A DNA stretch of 64,000 nucleotides from Alloascoidea hylecoeti (taxonomy: Eukaryota), in NCBI GenBank assembly GCA_001600815.1, contig BCKZ01000002.1, forward strand, positions 496,001-560,000, written 5' to 3'. Position 1 is the stretch's first letter. Every line of letters begins with the position of its first letter. A model generated the notes under the pieces. It did not search any database. It had not been told where the DNA came from and was given only the letters and a program-made list of their open reading frames with translations. A program made the translations under genes and the position numbers. Shown in pieces: positions 48,881-62,859 of the stretch.

Positions 48881-51800
48881 ATCTTGAGTGTTTTCGAGGG
48901 AATTATTTGGAATTCTCTTATTAGACCTGTCATACTACAGCACAAACCCAGTTTCGCATAGATATGACCTGCTACCAGGTACACGAGAGGTTGCTTTAGC
49001 TCTATAGCAAGTCAAGTCATTTATATTTATAATGATTAATAATGATTAAAGTTTCGATGAGATGTTCTCAAATAATATCTATCAAGGCCTATGCGTCCCT
49101 GAGTGAGAGGAGTGTGTAACAGCTGATCATCTACCGCGTATTCTCTTGATAGGTATCAGAAAATTTAATTATGAAAGTATTCTTAATAATAATACATTGT
49201 AAGCTTATAATTTTGATGAGTCTTTTGTAACATAGCTGATATTTTTATATGACATGTGTCTAAAGTTATTATAAAGTTTTAAACTCATATAAACATGATC
49301 GGAAGCAACTACATTCATCGGCTTAGTAGATAGTAGATACAATATTAATTATAATATTTATATTCTATGTAATTATAAATTTAGGTATCACCTATTATTT
49401 ATATTTTAAAATTTACCGATTTCGAAGCTTTCAATTCCTGCAGTGCATATTAAGTTATTATTAACAGTAGATTAAAAAGCAAACTTAGGAAGATCAGCCG
49501 ACCTATGTTTATCGGCGATTCTGAAATATTTACACCAGTGTCACGGGTTGTTGGTGGATTCGAAGCATAGATCCGTCTATTTCTAATTTTCTATATAGTA
49601 ACTCAACTTTGGGAATCGGGATCGGAGGCGTTTAAATTTAATGGCAATATTAATATTGGTATGATAAGCTCATATCAATTAATGGGATTTAAATAGGTAT
49701 AAATTTATATAGAAGAAGGTCTGTACCGGTCCGGATCCATAACTGAGGTTGGAATAAATACTATTAATCATCAAGAAATGTTAGATCACATGTATGGTTT
49801 TTGTAATTGTTTGTTAAAGGGACATTTGGAATTGATAAAAAGTTTACATATCAGTTCCAGCACCCCTTAATTCGAAACTTCTCTGTCCGATAAATGGGTT
49901 AAAACCCAATTGCAACTGATTTGTTGATTATAGGCTTAAGTATTCATTAAATATATACTAGTAAGTATAATAGTAATTACCCCAATTATAATTCCTAACG
50001 CATGCACTAGAAGCACCGGAAGCTCTAGAAGGATGCAACTAAAGAGTAAAACTGACAATAGTTTAATAATCCAAATTTGTGGTGTAAATTAAAAACTGTG
50101 TAACTGCTTAATTGCATTAATCACCTGCAAGAGAATAATTTGTAAAGAAGGTTTTATTAAATTTAAACATGTATAATGAAAATTTAGATTTAATCATAAT
50201 GTAATGAAATCGTTAGCTATAATAACTTAATTAATATGTAGATATATACCTTCGAATTCTGAAGTTTGATTTTACAAGTTTCCAGTTGCACTTAGGAACA
50301 ATTAACCGAAAAAATTTCATTAGATATAATTAAGTTTAAGCTTATAATTATACTTATAAGGGAAAAATTTTTAATGATCATAAAAAGGTTTAAACTTGCG
50401 TATAATTTACATTCTTATAAAATTATAAAAGTTGAACTCATTATCGATATATCCTCTTTATTGGCTACAGAACATATCGTTTTCATTTCTCATTGGCGTT
50501 TTATAATTGGTTAATTACTTGTTTTTATTTTTAGTTTACCAGATCTAAAAAATATATATTTTTGATCATGAAGCTATAAAACGCTTAAAAGCTTATGTTA
50601 ATATGGAGTGATTATATTCATTGTTCGTGTTAACGTTCTATGTATTACGGCCTTCCCTGTAATTGGACAATCGAAATTGTTGTTGTTTTCTGCAGCTGGT
50701 TGTAAAAAGTCATGAAGCAATAAAACCATTAAGAACTTTACATATAATTGTAACCACCCACAATAGCCCAACCGTGTTCAGATGTTCTATTTGGATGTAT
50801 TTCCTATTTCCCTTCGGCTTTTAATATATTACTCATACCCCCTGGATCCAGTATTCCATGAGAATGGTATAATTTGTTTAGACGCTTGTAAAAATCATAG
50901 CTATTGTTTGATTAATCCCGTGAAAATATTATTTTGATGCTAATCACAAGGCTGACAATATAAAATAAGCATTATACGTCAATGCGAGATACCTTGTCAA
51001 GGAAGTCTCCGCGACAAGCTGACATTCATAGAATTAGAGACATCCAAATTTTGAATCCCAGGAAAACAGACGTTAACTTTAAAGCATTCAATTAAATTGC
51101 CAGATCCCTGAATTTTCATTCGTAAAAGCCCAATTGGCCATGGATATACGTATGAATTTAACTTGTAATCGCATTATATATCTGGTTGGCTGTAGAATGG
51201 TATTTTCAGTCACCAGTTTCTTCTTATAATTAAAACTATTTATCTTCACAAAACGTGGATATGTAAAATAGAAGTGCTTCAGTAATGAATAAAGTGAGAG
51301 GGTCGGAACATAATTAAAATTACACACATACAAAACAAATTTTAAATCTGTACCCATCTCAGTTGTAAGCGAATAAAAGTACGACAGATAATATAAATTT
51401 GATGTAAAAGGTATTTATTACACTTTTAGTATCTAATTAATCGATATATAGACAATGTGCTATACAACTAATATTGAAGTCAATTAAATTCATCAAACTT
51501 CGGTAGCATATTGCACGTATATTATTCTAGTGTTCTAGACATTACCATAAATATGAATGAGTTTAGAATTATAAGAATGAAATCTGACCAATCGTGATAT
51601 GCAATTGTTACTATTCCGTATGTATGACTTCGAATTGACTGTTGATTGTATTTAAAGGAACTCATCTCCATAAATCTATTTATGAGTTCGTTTGTAATTT
51701 TAATTACTTGATTTTCAAACTATAGATGAAAGCAAATGTTATATAGAAGTTCCAGTATGACATCAAGGAGGTTTATAGATAAGACTATACTAATTAAAAT

Positions 51801-54344
51801 ACGTATGACTTTAATTTACTATATATACTAAATTAAGCTATAATATGACACCGGTAAAGTAACTATAGTAAATTTAATAAAGGTGAAACATCAACTGGTA
51901 ATAGGAAGGATCATCCATAAAGTATAATTGTCTCAAAAACATATATACATCACCCAAAGCTTATAATTGAGATATGTATTTTTATACTTTCATATATCTT
52001 TCTGCCAACGTAACCGGTTCACTTCCCGACTATAAAGAAATTACTTTTGACCTGAAACTTGTAGCTACTAAGATAGAAGAGAAACGTTCAAAGATAGGAG
52101 AGGTAAATTCAATTGCAAATGCATTCAGATTAATGTTATAATTAGCATTACCATATATTTGAGGTTGGTCCCAAGCTATATATTTAAATTTATACCTATA
52201 AGTTACAGGTTTCCGGTCCCGTGTTCCGAATATTATATAATTAATAATAATTATAATTGGTCGAATAATATTTCTACAAATTGTAATGATATAAAAGTCC
52301 ACTAGAGATGAGACGAGCTATTTTATTATTAGTATATGATAAATACACAGCCTCTAAAGTGTATTTATATATTAATATTGAATCGGCAGCTGGTACACCA
52401 TACGGTATCAAATTATTTTTAATAATCATTTATAGATAATTATATATAAGACTAGAAACTCGTTAAAGATCTAGCTAGAGAGATAAATATAAATAAGCTC
52501 GATTGGACATTTAATCATAATTATAAGATAATGATCATGGCCACGTATAATGGTAATTGGTCTGAATAATAGAGCCATTAAGTTGCTAGGTTATACAACT
52601 GCATTATATAACTTAATTATTTCAATTTGACAGAAGTTAATGACATAATAAATTCGTATCAAAGTATATTATAAACGTTTTAGTGTTATGCTCAAAATGC
52701 AGAAATTTGGGTTTAATCTGGTTTATAATTCGTGACTTGTGCACTTTCTTCTAATTCCTCACATATATTCACATTACATTTGATCAAATAAAATTTAAAG
52801 GATAAAGCTCAATACAACTTAAAAGAAATGAGAAGTGATATATTTTATTTTAAACCCGTAAACTTTCCAGGCTTTTGTGTATTAAATTTGAAGTTTTTAA
52901 AAAGGAATTTGAAAACTGGTCTATTGATGGGGTTGGACTCATCCGTACACCTGCACCAAAGTTAAAAATAAAACAAAATATAAAGAAAATCTTGGTCAAG
53001 AAGATTTAATCTAGTAGCCGAAAACGATCGATTTGGAAGTTTCTCTTAAACGACTTTTTCCCGCAGATATTGATTGCAAATATTAAATAAAAATAAGTGT
53101 GTATCGTACATAAGATGGATCGGGGTCTTTTCCCATCTGCAGTCAAATAATCTTTTTGCCATAATGTTGGAGATACATTTCTAATAACCGTAAATTTGCA
53201 TAACTGATGTTCTTTCATTTCTTATATTTTTTGGGCTGAGAAATCTATTAAAACACCACTTTTCTCTTTTTTTTTCCTTTTCCCTTTCTACCCCTGTATT
53301 CCGAAAATCTGAACCTTGCCATTCTCACTCTCGTGTTTCCAAACCTCTGCAATACATCACCAGCCGTACCTACTAATATTTATCTTTGCTCTTATTGATA
53401 TCTACAAGTACATTATTCTAGTCCAATCTGAGTCAACCAAGAGCTAACTCCGAATTTCATCACACTTTTATATTGTTTCCCTTTCTGATACAAACTCAAT
53501 ATTCTAAGTTAAGTTTAACTTAACTCTATAGTTAAAGTACTTTAGATTTGAGACAGGCAAGCATCAGGTTATTTCCTATTTAATTTTGGTATAGTGTCAC
53601 CACAAGCAGCAGATATCGATCAACCAAATATATCCTTGTATTTGAAGTAAGTTATAATTTATCAAACTCATACTTTATTATTACTTTTCATTTCATTTTA
53701 CCTTTCTCTATATTTCTTCCATGTTCTTTTATCTATTTTAATTTTCATCTTTGTAATTTTTCACACGTCCAATTGGTTCAAATATTTAGATATATCTATT
53801 ACCTGTTAACGTTCAAATATCATATTCTAAGATATAAATGATTTTTTAATCAACCATATTCATACTTATTTTAATATTAATTCTTCTTTAATCTTACTAT
53901 AATAAATAATAGATAGATCACTTTTTGTTCCTTACATATTTCATTTCAAATCATTAATAATTTGAGTTTTAAAAATATTTAAGCTCAAAAATCTTATTTG
54001 AATCTGCAACTGGAATATTTAGAGATTAATATTAATATTGTGTTATTATAGGCTTTAAAAGGTATACAAAAAAAAAGGAAAACGCAGTAAACTATAAGTT
54101 TAGCTGAGATTTTGATTGTTGACAAGATTATAATCCAATAAATTCTCTTTTTATATATTCAACATAACCTGCCGAAATCGAAAGGTGGGGAAAAAATAAG
54201 AGCGAGGAAAAATAAAGAATAATTGGCTTTTTTTCCAATTATATTCTTTCAATTCAAAAAGGAACGAAACATAACAACAACAATAATAACAATAACAATA
54301 AATAATAATATAAGATATAAAACATAAAAGTATACATATAAAAG

Positions 54345-55865
54345 ATGTCTTCTCAATATTCATCTATGCAATACATACCCTCGACTCAAGCATCTCCAAA
54401 CACTCCTTCTCAAACCCAGAAGAAAAATCAAATAGATCTTAAACCACCAATTCCATCATCATATAATGTGTTTCCAGGTCAGATACCAGGATATCAACAG
54501 GTACCTCAGTATGGACCCCACTTACATATCCCTTATGGATATCAGTCAGATCAAGCTTTACAACGGCCAAAGGCATCATCACCATCTAGCGCTGTAAGAT
54601 CTTCGACACTAGGAATATCATCTTTTCTGGAAACAGGTAACTCATCCTCATCCGCAAGCGTCAATGGAGCTAGTTCTAGCTCTTTTAATAACTCTAGTTC
54701 AAGTCAGTCTTATAGCCATGGTAATGATCCATCAGGACAAAATTATTATAATTATAACTATTCTATTCCCCAAGGTACAAACATTAACAGTGGTGAACCT
54801 TCTACAGGGCCCTTGGGTAATAACAAACCTCCAGTATATTATAATAATCATTACTCGCCAGTTCCAATAGCTCATGAATACTATTCAAACAGAACACAAC
54901 AGTCTTCACAATCAGCACAGCAGCAAATGCATGTACAATCACAAAATGAGAAAAATTTGACTAGAGCCTTTGACGCTGGCTATCCAACTCCATATACAGG
55001 TCAAGGATCTAATATGGCACATCAAGTATACCAAGGTCAATATATGCCTATGCAAGAATATGACCAGAATAGTGGTATAATGAATTTCTCTTCAAATCCC
55101 TACTCCTTTATCAAGTCAGATTCAGAAGCAAACAACCTTAGAATGAGAGAAGGAAAATCAACTGGATCTCCATCGGGCCCGATCCCCGCAACTGAACCAA
55201 TAATTGAAAAGAACGAAACAACTGGTGAAGAATGGATGACATTTGAATACTCTAAGAATAAAGTACGTACTACATTTAGATTATATTGTGGCAACTTTGA
55301 GGATTTGAATTCTCAAGAATCGAAATTAGATCAAGAATTCAAGAATAAAAATTGTGTATATCCTAAAGCTATGTGTGCCGAGTCTGAATATACTGGAAAG
55401 AGATATAGATACGAGAAAGAATGTAACATGATGGGATGGCAATTGGCACATTTGAATGCAGATATAAGAGGTCATAGAGGGTTAATTCAAAGAGGTGTTG
55501 ATAGTTGGAGAAACACAAGATCTGATGAAAAATTGAGATCAAGAAGAGTAAGAAGAATCACAAAATTAAACGAATCAAATATGCAAAGACAAGCCATTAG
55601 ACAACAAAAGTTATCGCAGTTTCAAGCCAATCAAGCTAGTCAAGGTTCCCAAAATGTAGCTACTGCTCCTACAGCCATTCAAAGTATTCAACAGAACCAG
55701 CAATTTCAAACACAGATACCAACTGGCCAATATTATTCATTATATCAGGTTCCTCCTCAGGCTACTCAAAATCAAAATCAAAATCAAAATCAAAGTCAAA
55801 GTCAAAGTCAAAGTCAAAATCAGAGTCAGCAGCAGAATTATCACCGATATCATATGTCTCAATAG
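54345..55865 (+). CDS. Q/S-rich putative regulator with a conserved fungal domain (resembles Candida AAF1/CAD1 adherence factor)
   Basis: Low-complexity flanks surround FEYSKNKVR..FKNKNCVYPKA..YTGKRYRYEKECNMMGWQLAHLN..RGLIQRGVDSWRN..LRSRRVRR. The family assignment is from memory. Confidence 0.65.
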   Translation: MSSQYSSMQYIPSTQASPNTPSQTQKKNQIDLKPPIPSSYNVFPGQIPGYQQVPQYGPHLHIPYGYQSDQALQRPKASSPSSAVRSSTLGISSFLETGNSSSSASVNGASSSSFNNSSSSQSYSHGNDPSGQNYYNYNYSIPQGTNINSGEPSTGPLGNNKPPVYYNNHYSPVPIAHEYYSNRTQQSSQSAQQQMHVQSQNEKNLTRAFDAGYPTPYTGQGSNMAHQVYQGQYMPMQEYDQNSGIMNFSSNPYSFIKSDSEANNLRMREGKSTGSPSGPIPATEPIIEKNETTGEEWMTFEYSKNKVRTTFRLYCGNFEDLNSQESKLDQEFKNKNCVYPKAMCAESEYTGKRYRYEKECNMMGWQLAHLNADIRGHRGLIQRGVDSWRNTRSDEKLRSRRVRRITKLNESNMQRQAIRQQKLSQFQANQASQGSQNVATAPTAIQSIQQNQQFQTQIPTGQYYSLYQVPPQATQNQNQNQNQSQSQSQSQNQSQQQNYHRYHMSQ

Positions 55866-56600
55866 TACCTTATAGCGCTCAACTAACAACTGATAATAAA
55901 TTCATCGCATTAATATCACCTTCTGCATGTGGCATTTGTGTTTTGTTTATATTTTTAATAATTCTTGCCAACTTCATATTTATATATTTATTATTATGTT
56001 TTATTTGATGTATTATGATGATGAAAACTTTAAATTGCATACTTTAGTGGCCTTGGGCCTGCACACTCTTGTGCTCTTAACGGTAAAATTTTTCCGGGTA
56101 ATGTTTCCTTTTACGCCGGGTGCTTGATCCGATGACCAATACCCGGCATCCCGATTTGGGATATTGGTTACATAATTTGTTTCCGGTACTTTCGGTATGT
56201 GCATCGTGACCCGAAATACCGTAGTTAATAGCGCGAGAGCCCTAAAAGTGCGCGAGCCCCGCAGGCCGTCCCACTATATAAAATTATTTGAAGATCGCTA
56301 TACAATCACATGTATAATTGAATGGTTGTTATTAACCATAGTATTAATTATTATATATTTGAGTGTGTAATAACTTTGCAACTACAATATTAGTTCTTTT
56401 TTACCGTTTTAATTAATTATTATTATTATTATACGCGTTTCCATAACTTTGTGTATTATATTCTCAATATTCGATTTTGAATCGGAATTCAGTTCCGTTT
56501 AGGTAAAAAGCACCAGTACTACTGCGAAAGATCAAACGAATAGTATTAGTATGATCAAGCACATTAAGATCTATTATAATGGAAGCTGTACCGGTAGTAT

Positions 56601-56955
56601 TAGGCCGCGCATCGCCGAGGTATCGAGCGAGCTCTCGAGCCTATCTAAGTGAATTTCAGATTGGCGTTCTTCGAGCTCGAGCTCGAGTCAGCTTATATGA
56701 TAATGTTAAACAGTTAGGAATACATATTAATTCTTTTATTTTTATTTTTATTTTTATTTTTTTGAAATATTTGCCAAAAAAAGTTGAATTTTGAATCATA
56801 AAAAAATAGCTAGGCTCGACCTTCTTAGAAATCTCCCCTGTTTGAGTTCGAGTTCGGAGTCGAGCTCCTCACAAATTTCCCGGTTGGGGATCGAGACAGC
56901 TCGGTCAACTTTTTCCCTCAATTCGAGCTCAAGCATTTTGCGAGATGCGCGGCTA
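56601..56955. mobile_element. hAT-like MITE with short TIRs and GAGCTC-rich subterminal repeats
   Basis: Left end TAGGCCGCGCATC and right end GATGCGCGGCTA are inverted repeats differing by a 1-nt indel. Many CGAGCTC/GAGTTCG units lie on both arms around an AT-rich centre. No clear TSD. Confidence 0.6.
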
Positions 56956-58111
56956 CTATAGGAATACTATCATTATCAATCGAACAGACTAGGATACCCT
57001 TGAGGAAGACTTTACGAAGATGGATACGAGTATCTCCAAATAGTCCGATTAAGCAAATACATTAACGCAAACAATTGGTACTTGGTGATGAAAGCCAATC
57101 AAGGTCCAATAAAAGTTGTAGGCGGGTCAGCCTAATTTGCTAATCTAGAAATATTTAAACAATGGAAGACATTAACTGTCAAAAAGGTGGCAAAATGCAT
57201 GCTTGAGTAAAGAGATCAAAATGTATATATATTAAGAGATTCTCAAGCGATCAAACCAAATATATAACCAATTCGAAAAGGAAAGGGTTCTTTCTTTAAA
57301 ATCATTCTTAGAACTGTCCCCCTAAAATTTAGGCCCTCCAACTCCGCTTAAAAAAATCATGAGAAAATCGCAAAGGAAGATGGCGAGTCGATGATAAAAT
57401 GGATCTTAGGACACGCATACATAATACATATACGATGCTCATTAGCGTTTCTAGATTCCATACAGCGTCGACAAATCTTTACATGTTCTCATTCACTTCC
57501 ATTCGTTCTGAGAAGGTAAAATAAATTTACTAATAATATTACTATCACTGTATACGTAATAAGCCCTATCGCCGCTACTTAAAAGAGTCCTTAAACATAT
57601 ATAATATCAATTGCCTTTTTTTATTTATATTCAATTGTAATTACCAATTATCAATCATAAACAATTGCTCGATCATTTAGTTTTCGCAATATCCTAACAT
57701 TAATACCCATTATATGTATCGCAAGCGGTCGACCGGATACCAACATAAATATATCCAATGTCTACGATATGGATGATGAAATAAAATATGGACATGCTAT
57801 TAATAAGATTCCGCTCACGTGACCTATCATAGCATTGTTTTTACGTATGCCAAAATGCAACACCCTGTCGACGTGCGGTTTGCGTTTGGTTGCTTTTTCT
57901 CTTTTTACTCCATCATCATCGTGTTTTGGACCAGATCTCCGTCCATCTTTTTCTCCGCCCGCCTCCGTCCGCCTCCACTCAAACCGACCTTCATTCCTTT
58001 TTTTAGGATCTGTTCGTGATCCCAATTTGGTAAAACACAAATATCAAATATCACCACATCTTTTAAGGAATCTTACCGGCTTTCTTTATTATCCCTGCCG
58101 AATAATTATTA

Positions 58112-61038
58112 ATGTTAGGAAGAAGGAAAAGCGGAAGAACTTTTTCTTTGACCTCTTACTCCTACACAGGAGTTGGTCAGCCAGTATGTATATTGTATCT
58201 TCTTGTCGTTAATGATTGCTTTTAAATTCCCTCCAAATTATCGCGATGGAATGCAAAGGCTACATCATTTTTCAATTATCACCTCATCATCAAATATCAT
58301 CATATCAATCTTATTCACACACAATTTCTCTATCCTAAATCGAATCTCTGACTAATTGACTTATTGTTTCCTTTAGCCACCTCAAGCTCCTGGTGTTAGT
58401 CCAAGTGCGTTAGCAGCCGCAGCCGCAGCCGGTGCGAACAACAATGTTTCGATCAGAACAGGTTCAATGACTTCTGCTGGTAAGTTAAATTTTAAAGTCC
58501 GGCTCCGAATCTATTGAATGAGCTGTTTTACATCGATGTCATTAATTTGTCTTTGTCTCTCAATATTGATGATCCTTATCGGGCTGATTATAATATTATA
58601 ATTAGTACCAATATTAACCTTTTTTTTTTAACGTAGAACTACAAATGTTCCAAAGACAAAAAAAGGAGCATGAAAGAACACACTCTCTTAAATCTACCTC
58701 AAACCCTACTTCGAATGCTCGCAAAAATTCACAAGCTCCTCCCAAACGATCAAACTCGGTTTCTTCAGCTACAAAAAGACCTCCAAAGAATCTGGACCCC
58801 AAACCGGCCACACCATCTGTTAAGACACCAATTAGACAAAGACCAGTTTCACATATCGGAAATATAACCCCTCCCCCTAAGAATATTAATACGCCAATTG
58901 CAACAGATACAGAATTGAAGGTTATTAATGAAGAAAATGAATCTGCTGACTTATCACCAACACTTCATGTTCCTCCTTCATTCGCAAGAAATGTATCACC
59001 TTCAAGATCTGCTCTAAGACACGGGCCCTACTCTTCACCATCTAGAAATTCTTCTCATCGGGTTAGTTTTTCGGAAAGCTCGGAAAATTCAAATGACGTT
59101 GAGTCTTTTACATTTGAAAGGAAACAATTGATGAAAAAAAATCTAAAACCTGAGAAAAAGTTAAAAACAGTAAAGAAATGGGTTCCAACCAAAAACGGTC
59201 TAGTTGAAATTGAAGTCCCTGTTACTGATACAAACTTTTCTTCTCCACTTCAAGGCTCTCGTCGACATGTGCGAAAACAAACATCGTTATCAAGTGTTAG
59301 AACATCTAGTATTAGAAGTAGCAACTCCTTAGGTACACCTTCAAAACCCCCAATTGTAAGGAAAGAAAACAATTTTGCAAAGCCCAAATCTGGATCTAAA
59401 TTCAAGACTCCACAACAATCTGCAAAATTTGCAGGAAATGGTCATTTATCCTTGAACTCAGCTCCAAAAACTCTTTTAAAGGATGCATCTTCTCATAACG
59501 GGCACGTACAACAAAAGGAAAATAATGATAGGAAGAAATTTTTTACAAAACATGAAATACCACCAATTTCCCATGAAGTCTCAAGTGAATGTTCATTACA
59601 AATATCCTCTCCTGCCACTAGTTGTGATATTCAACCTACTACTAAATCAAATAAGGATCAATACGCGGTTCCGGAGTATGATGTCGGTCCATCGGAATCT
59701 CCATTTATCACCCCTTTGCAATCGCCTACACACGACTCGCGCGACTCTGTAAATGTAGAAAGCGGTGCATCCGAACATATTGAAGAACCAAGAAAAGAAA
59801 ATCAAGATATAGACTCAGAAGGTTCAACACAGGTGGAATTTCCAAATGAGGTAACCAAGATTAGTGTTAGTTTTCCTGTTTCAAATATAGATGAAAAAGA
59901 GAATGACGTTGAAAATGTTAAAACAACAGAAGATAGTGAAATTAAGGATAATGATTTGAATCAAGTTAGTCTCATTAGCACTCTAAGACAATTACAGGCG
60001 TCACCTTCTATTTTCTCTTCAAGGCCGGTTCCAATTTCAAAATTAAATGATCCAATTATTCTTGAGAATAACTCTCTAGACAAACATGATTCAAGTAATG
60101 AATCCTTGGAGCTCCTTAATAATAGAGATCACACCCCTGCTAGGTCTTTGTTACTAGTAAGAACACCTAGTTCAAATTATACTGAAGATTTAAATTCACC
60201 AGTTCGAAAAGGATATAAAAAAGGAACAAAAGCTTTAGGCAGATCACCTTCAAATAAACGTCTTTCATTTACTCCTGAAACTAAACCTGAAAGTATCATT
60301 TCACAAAAGCCAATAAGTTACGGTCATGCAGCTGCCTTGAATGCTGCTAGACCTAACCATTCTGTTCATGGAAAGCCACCAATTACAAGACCACCTCAAC
60401 AATTTGAAAGAAAATCCAGCTTTGAAAGGCAATCAGTATCAACTAATAAAAGAGATTCAAGCTTCAGGGTATCTTTACGTAACCAACAAGATATTGCACC
60501 ACCGCAACAATATAGATTTGCGGCTAATAGAGCAGGTGACAGCTCTTCAATAAGATCACCACAATCCACTAGAAGACAGCCTACTCACAATCATAGTATT
60601 GAATCCGATGACTATTCCCGCTTTGCAAATTTCAAATCACGGTTTGCAGATTCTGACGATGAAGATGGTGTTATTCCAATTAAGCCAATATCTAAGGCAC
60701 ATAAACAGTCACCACATCCCAATAACTTTATGTCATCTAGATTCGTTAAAACATCTCCGAAATTCCAGAGGCATACATTACATTTAGATAGCCCTGATGA
60801 TTATTCTAGATATAACAGTATGGGGAAGCAGTCTTTATCTCCACAACCTATTGCCGAGACCCCTAAACGAGGACCTATTTTATTGAACAACCCCAGAGAC
60901 ACTCACCATAACCGTACTACTAATTCAACCTTTGATAATTACAATGAACAAAAGTTCAGCCCAACTGAGAAAAAGAAGAAGAATAAAAATAAGAAGTTTT
61001 CTTTCAGAGGTCTCTTTAAATCTAAACATGATAAATAA
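58112..61038 (+). CDS. Seg1-like eisosome-associated disordered protein; exons 58112-58183, 58377-58479, 58637-61038 (about 858 aa)
   Basis: Spliced N-terminus MLGRRKSGRTFSLTSYSYTGVGQP|PPQAPGVSPSALAAAAAAG...TSA|ELQMF. Contains the KKWVPTKNGLVEIEVP motif and a basic C-terminal KKKKNKNKKFSFRGLFK resembling Seg1/Seg2. Exon structure is more certain than the family call. Confidence 0.65.
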
Positions 61039-62190
61039 ACATTTATGTGACACTATAGACATTCTTTCACGCAGACACAAAAAGAAAAAAAATTTAAAAA
61101 AAAGAAGATTCGCGTTTCTCTATTAGATCTATTTTTTTTATTTTTTTAATTTTTTTTTTTTTATTTCAAATATTGTACTATACTCCAGTTTAATTATTTA
61201 TATTATTTCTTGATAGCTAATTGAGTATTGTTTAATTCGTTTTTTACATAGTATCTACTTATTTCAATTTAATATATATAAATGTAATATTACTATTATA
61301 TTGTATGACTTTTTTACAGTGATTCAGTACTTCGTACTTAGTTTTGTTATAATTGTGTTGACTATTTGCCATTTTTTCATTAAGGAGTATTTGTATTTGT
61401 CTTTTGAATATTCATTATATTAAAAGGAAGTTTTAAACCAGCGATCAAATATGTATTACAATAATTGCAATTGATAGCTAAGACACAAAACCTGTCGCCA
61501 TTGGCTTCCATATCATTAGTTACTTATAGTGGTTATAACTAGGGACAATGTAAAAAAAGTTGTACACAAAAGAGAATATTGTTATCTTTGGAGTGCTATC
61601 AAATCCAAGCAGGTTAAATATAGCTATGTAGATGTAATTGTTTCATTGCCTTTTTAATTATATAAAATTCTAAAACTTCAGTTCACTATAAGTAACAGTA
61701 ATAAAGAATAAATATATTATCATTTCTATATTAATATTAATCAAATAGCTACAGGACTATACAAAGTCTATACTGTAAGCTTACATAGACCAATAGATGT
61801 GTCTTATCATTACTAATGCTTATAATTATATAATTTCCTTCCACATAACCTCAACGACCATTAATATTGATTAATATGTTGATTCTTCTCTCCACTCTCC
61901 TAGACCCTTTTTCAGAGAAGTATTATGAAACTTTTGTTCTTTTGCTACAATTTCCATTTGAAATATCCTCTTTTTTTGGTGAGCTAACCATTTTTTTAAA
62001 TTTCTTATGTTTACATAACCTCCATCCTTTTAATATTTGAATTCTACCCAAATTATAACCTTCAAAGTTCAAAGCAAAATACAGCTGTTTACAATATATC
62101 TATAAGATTTTATATGTATTCTTTGCTCTAACTTTCTTATAGATGATTCGTTTGTTTTATGATCTTCTATATGAAACTTTAGCTACTTTC

Positions 62191-62859
62191 CCTAACTCCG
62201 GTATCAGCATCAGTAATCAGCATCAGTATCCACATCTATTACTACCACTCCGTGTATATTAACACATTTTTGAAACTCTGTTATATAATAATACCCTAAA
62301 CTCCACTCCTAACAATTGTTTCATGTATTTCTAATAAATGTTGTACTTGAGTTGTAAATATCCAAGAATTTAAATCTTGCCTATAAGCTACTGTCGGAAT
62401 GATGGTACTACAGACAATTCAAGGACTGTTTTGGGAAAGAAATTAGGGCTGTGATAGTAGAAGCTACAACAAACGGAACACCAATTGAGGCTGGATCGGT
62501 TTGTGTCGGTCCCATCGAGTCATTTCGATTCTTCAAATTGTTTCGTTTCCCGAAACAATGGCCAAAGACATTTCCAACAACAAAGGAATTTTGCTTATAC
62601 CCTTCACCGCAAATTCGAAACCTTCAATTAAAATGGGAATTCAACTTCAAAATTGTGGAGATGAATATATATTTACGGGCAAGATTTCCCTGATATTTAC
62701 AATTTGAGTACCACATCTATTATTATAAAAAGCATAGAACAGTTGTTAGTAGTGGTCATTTTGGGGTATTATTATATAACATTAACAGAGCTTCAAAAAC
62801 GTGGTAATATACAGTGGTATGTAGTCATAGATGTGGATACTGATGATTTTGGAGTTAGG
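62191..62859. repeat. Long imperfect inverted repeat (arms about 62191-62383 and 62677-62859)
   Basis: The reverse complement of the left arm matches the right arm across GGCAAGATTT, GATATTTACAA, GGGTATTATTATATAAC, AACAGAG.TTCAAAAA, ATAGATGTGGATACTGATG and GGAGTTAGG. Confidence 0.8.

Noticed and set aside
53647..54344. Possible 5'-UTR intron (GTAAGT at 53647) of the AAF1-like gene
   Set aside because: No convincing branch point and acceptor could be identified.
56085..56270. CCG-rich patch with CCTTTTAC resembling U5 snRNA loop 1
   Set aside because: It lacks the invariant GCCTTTTAC with a flanking stem and has no convincing Sm-site arrangement.
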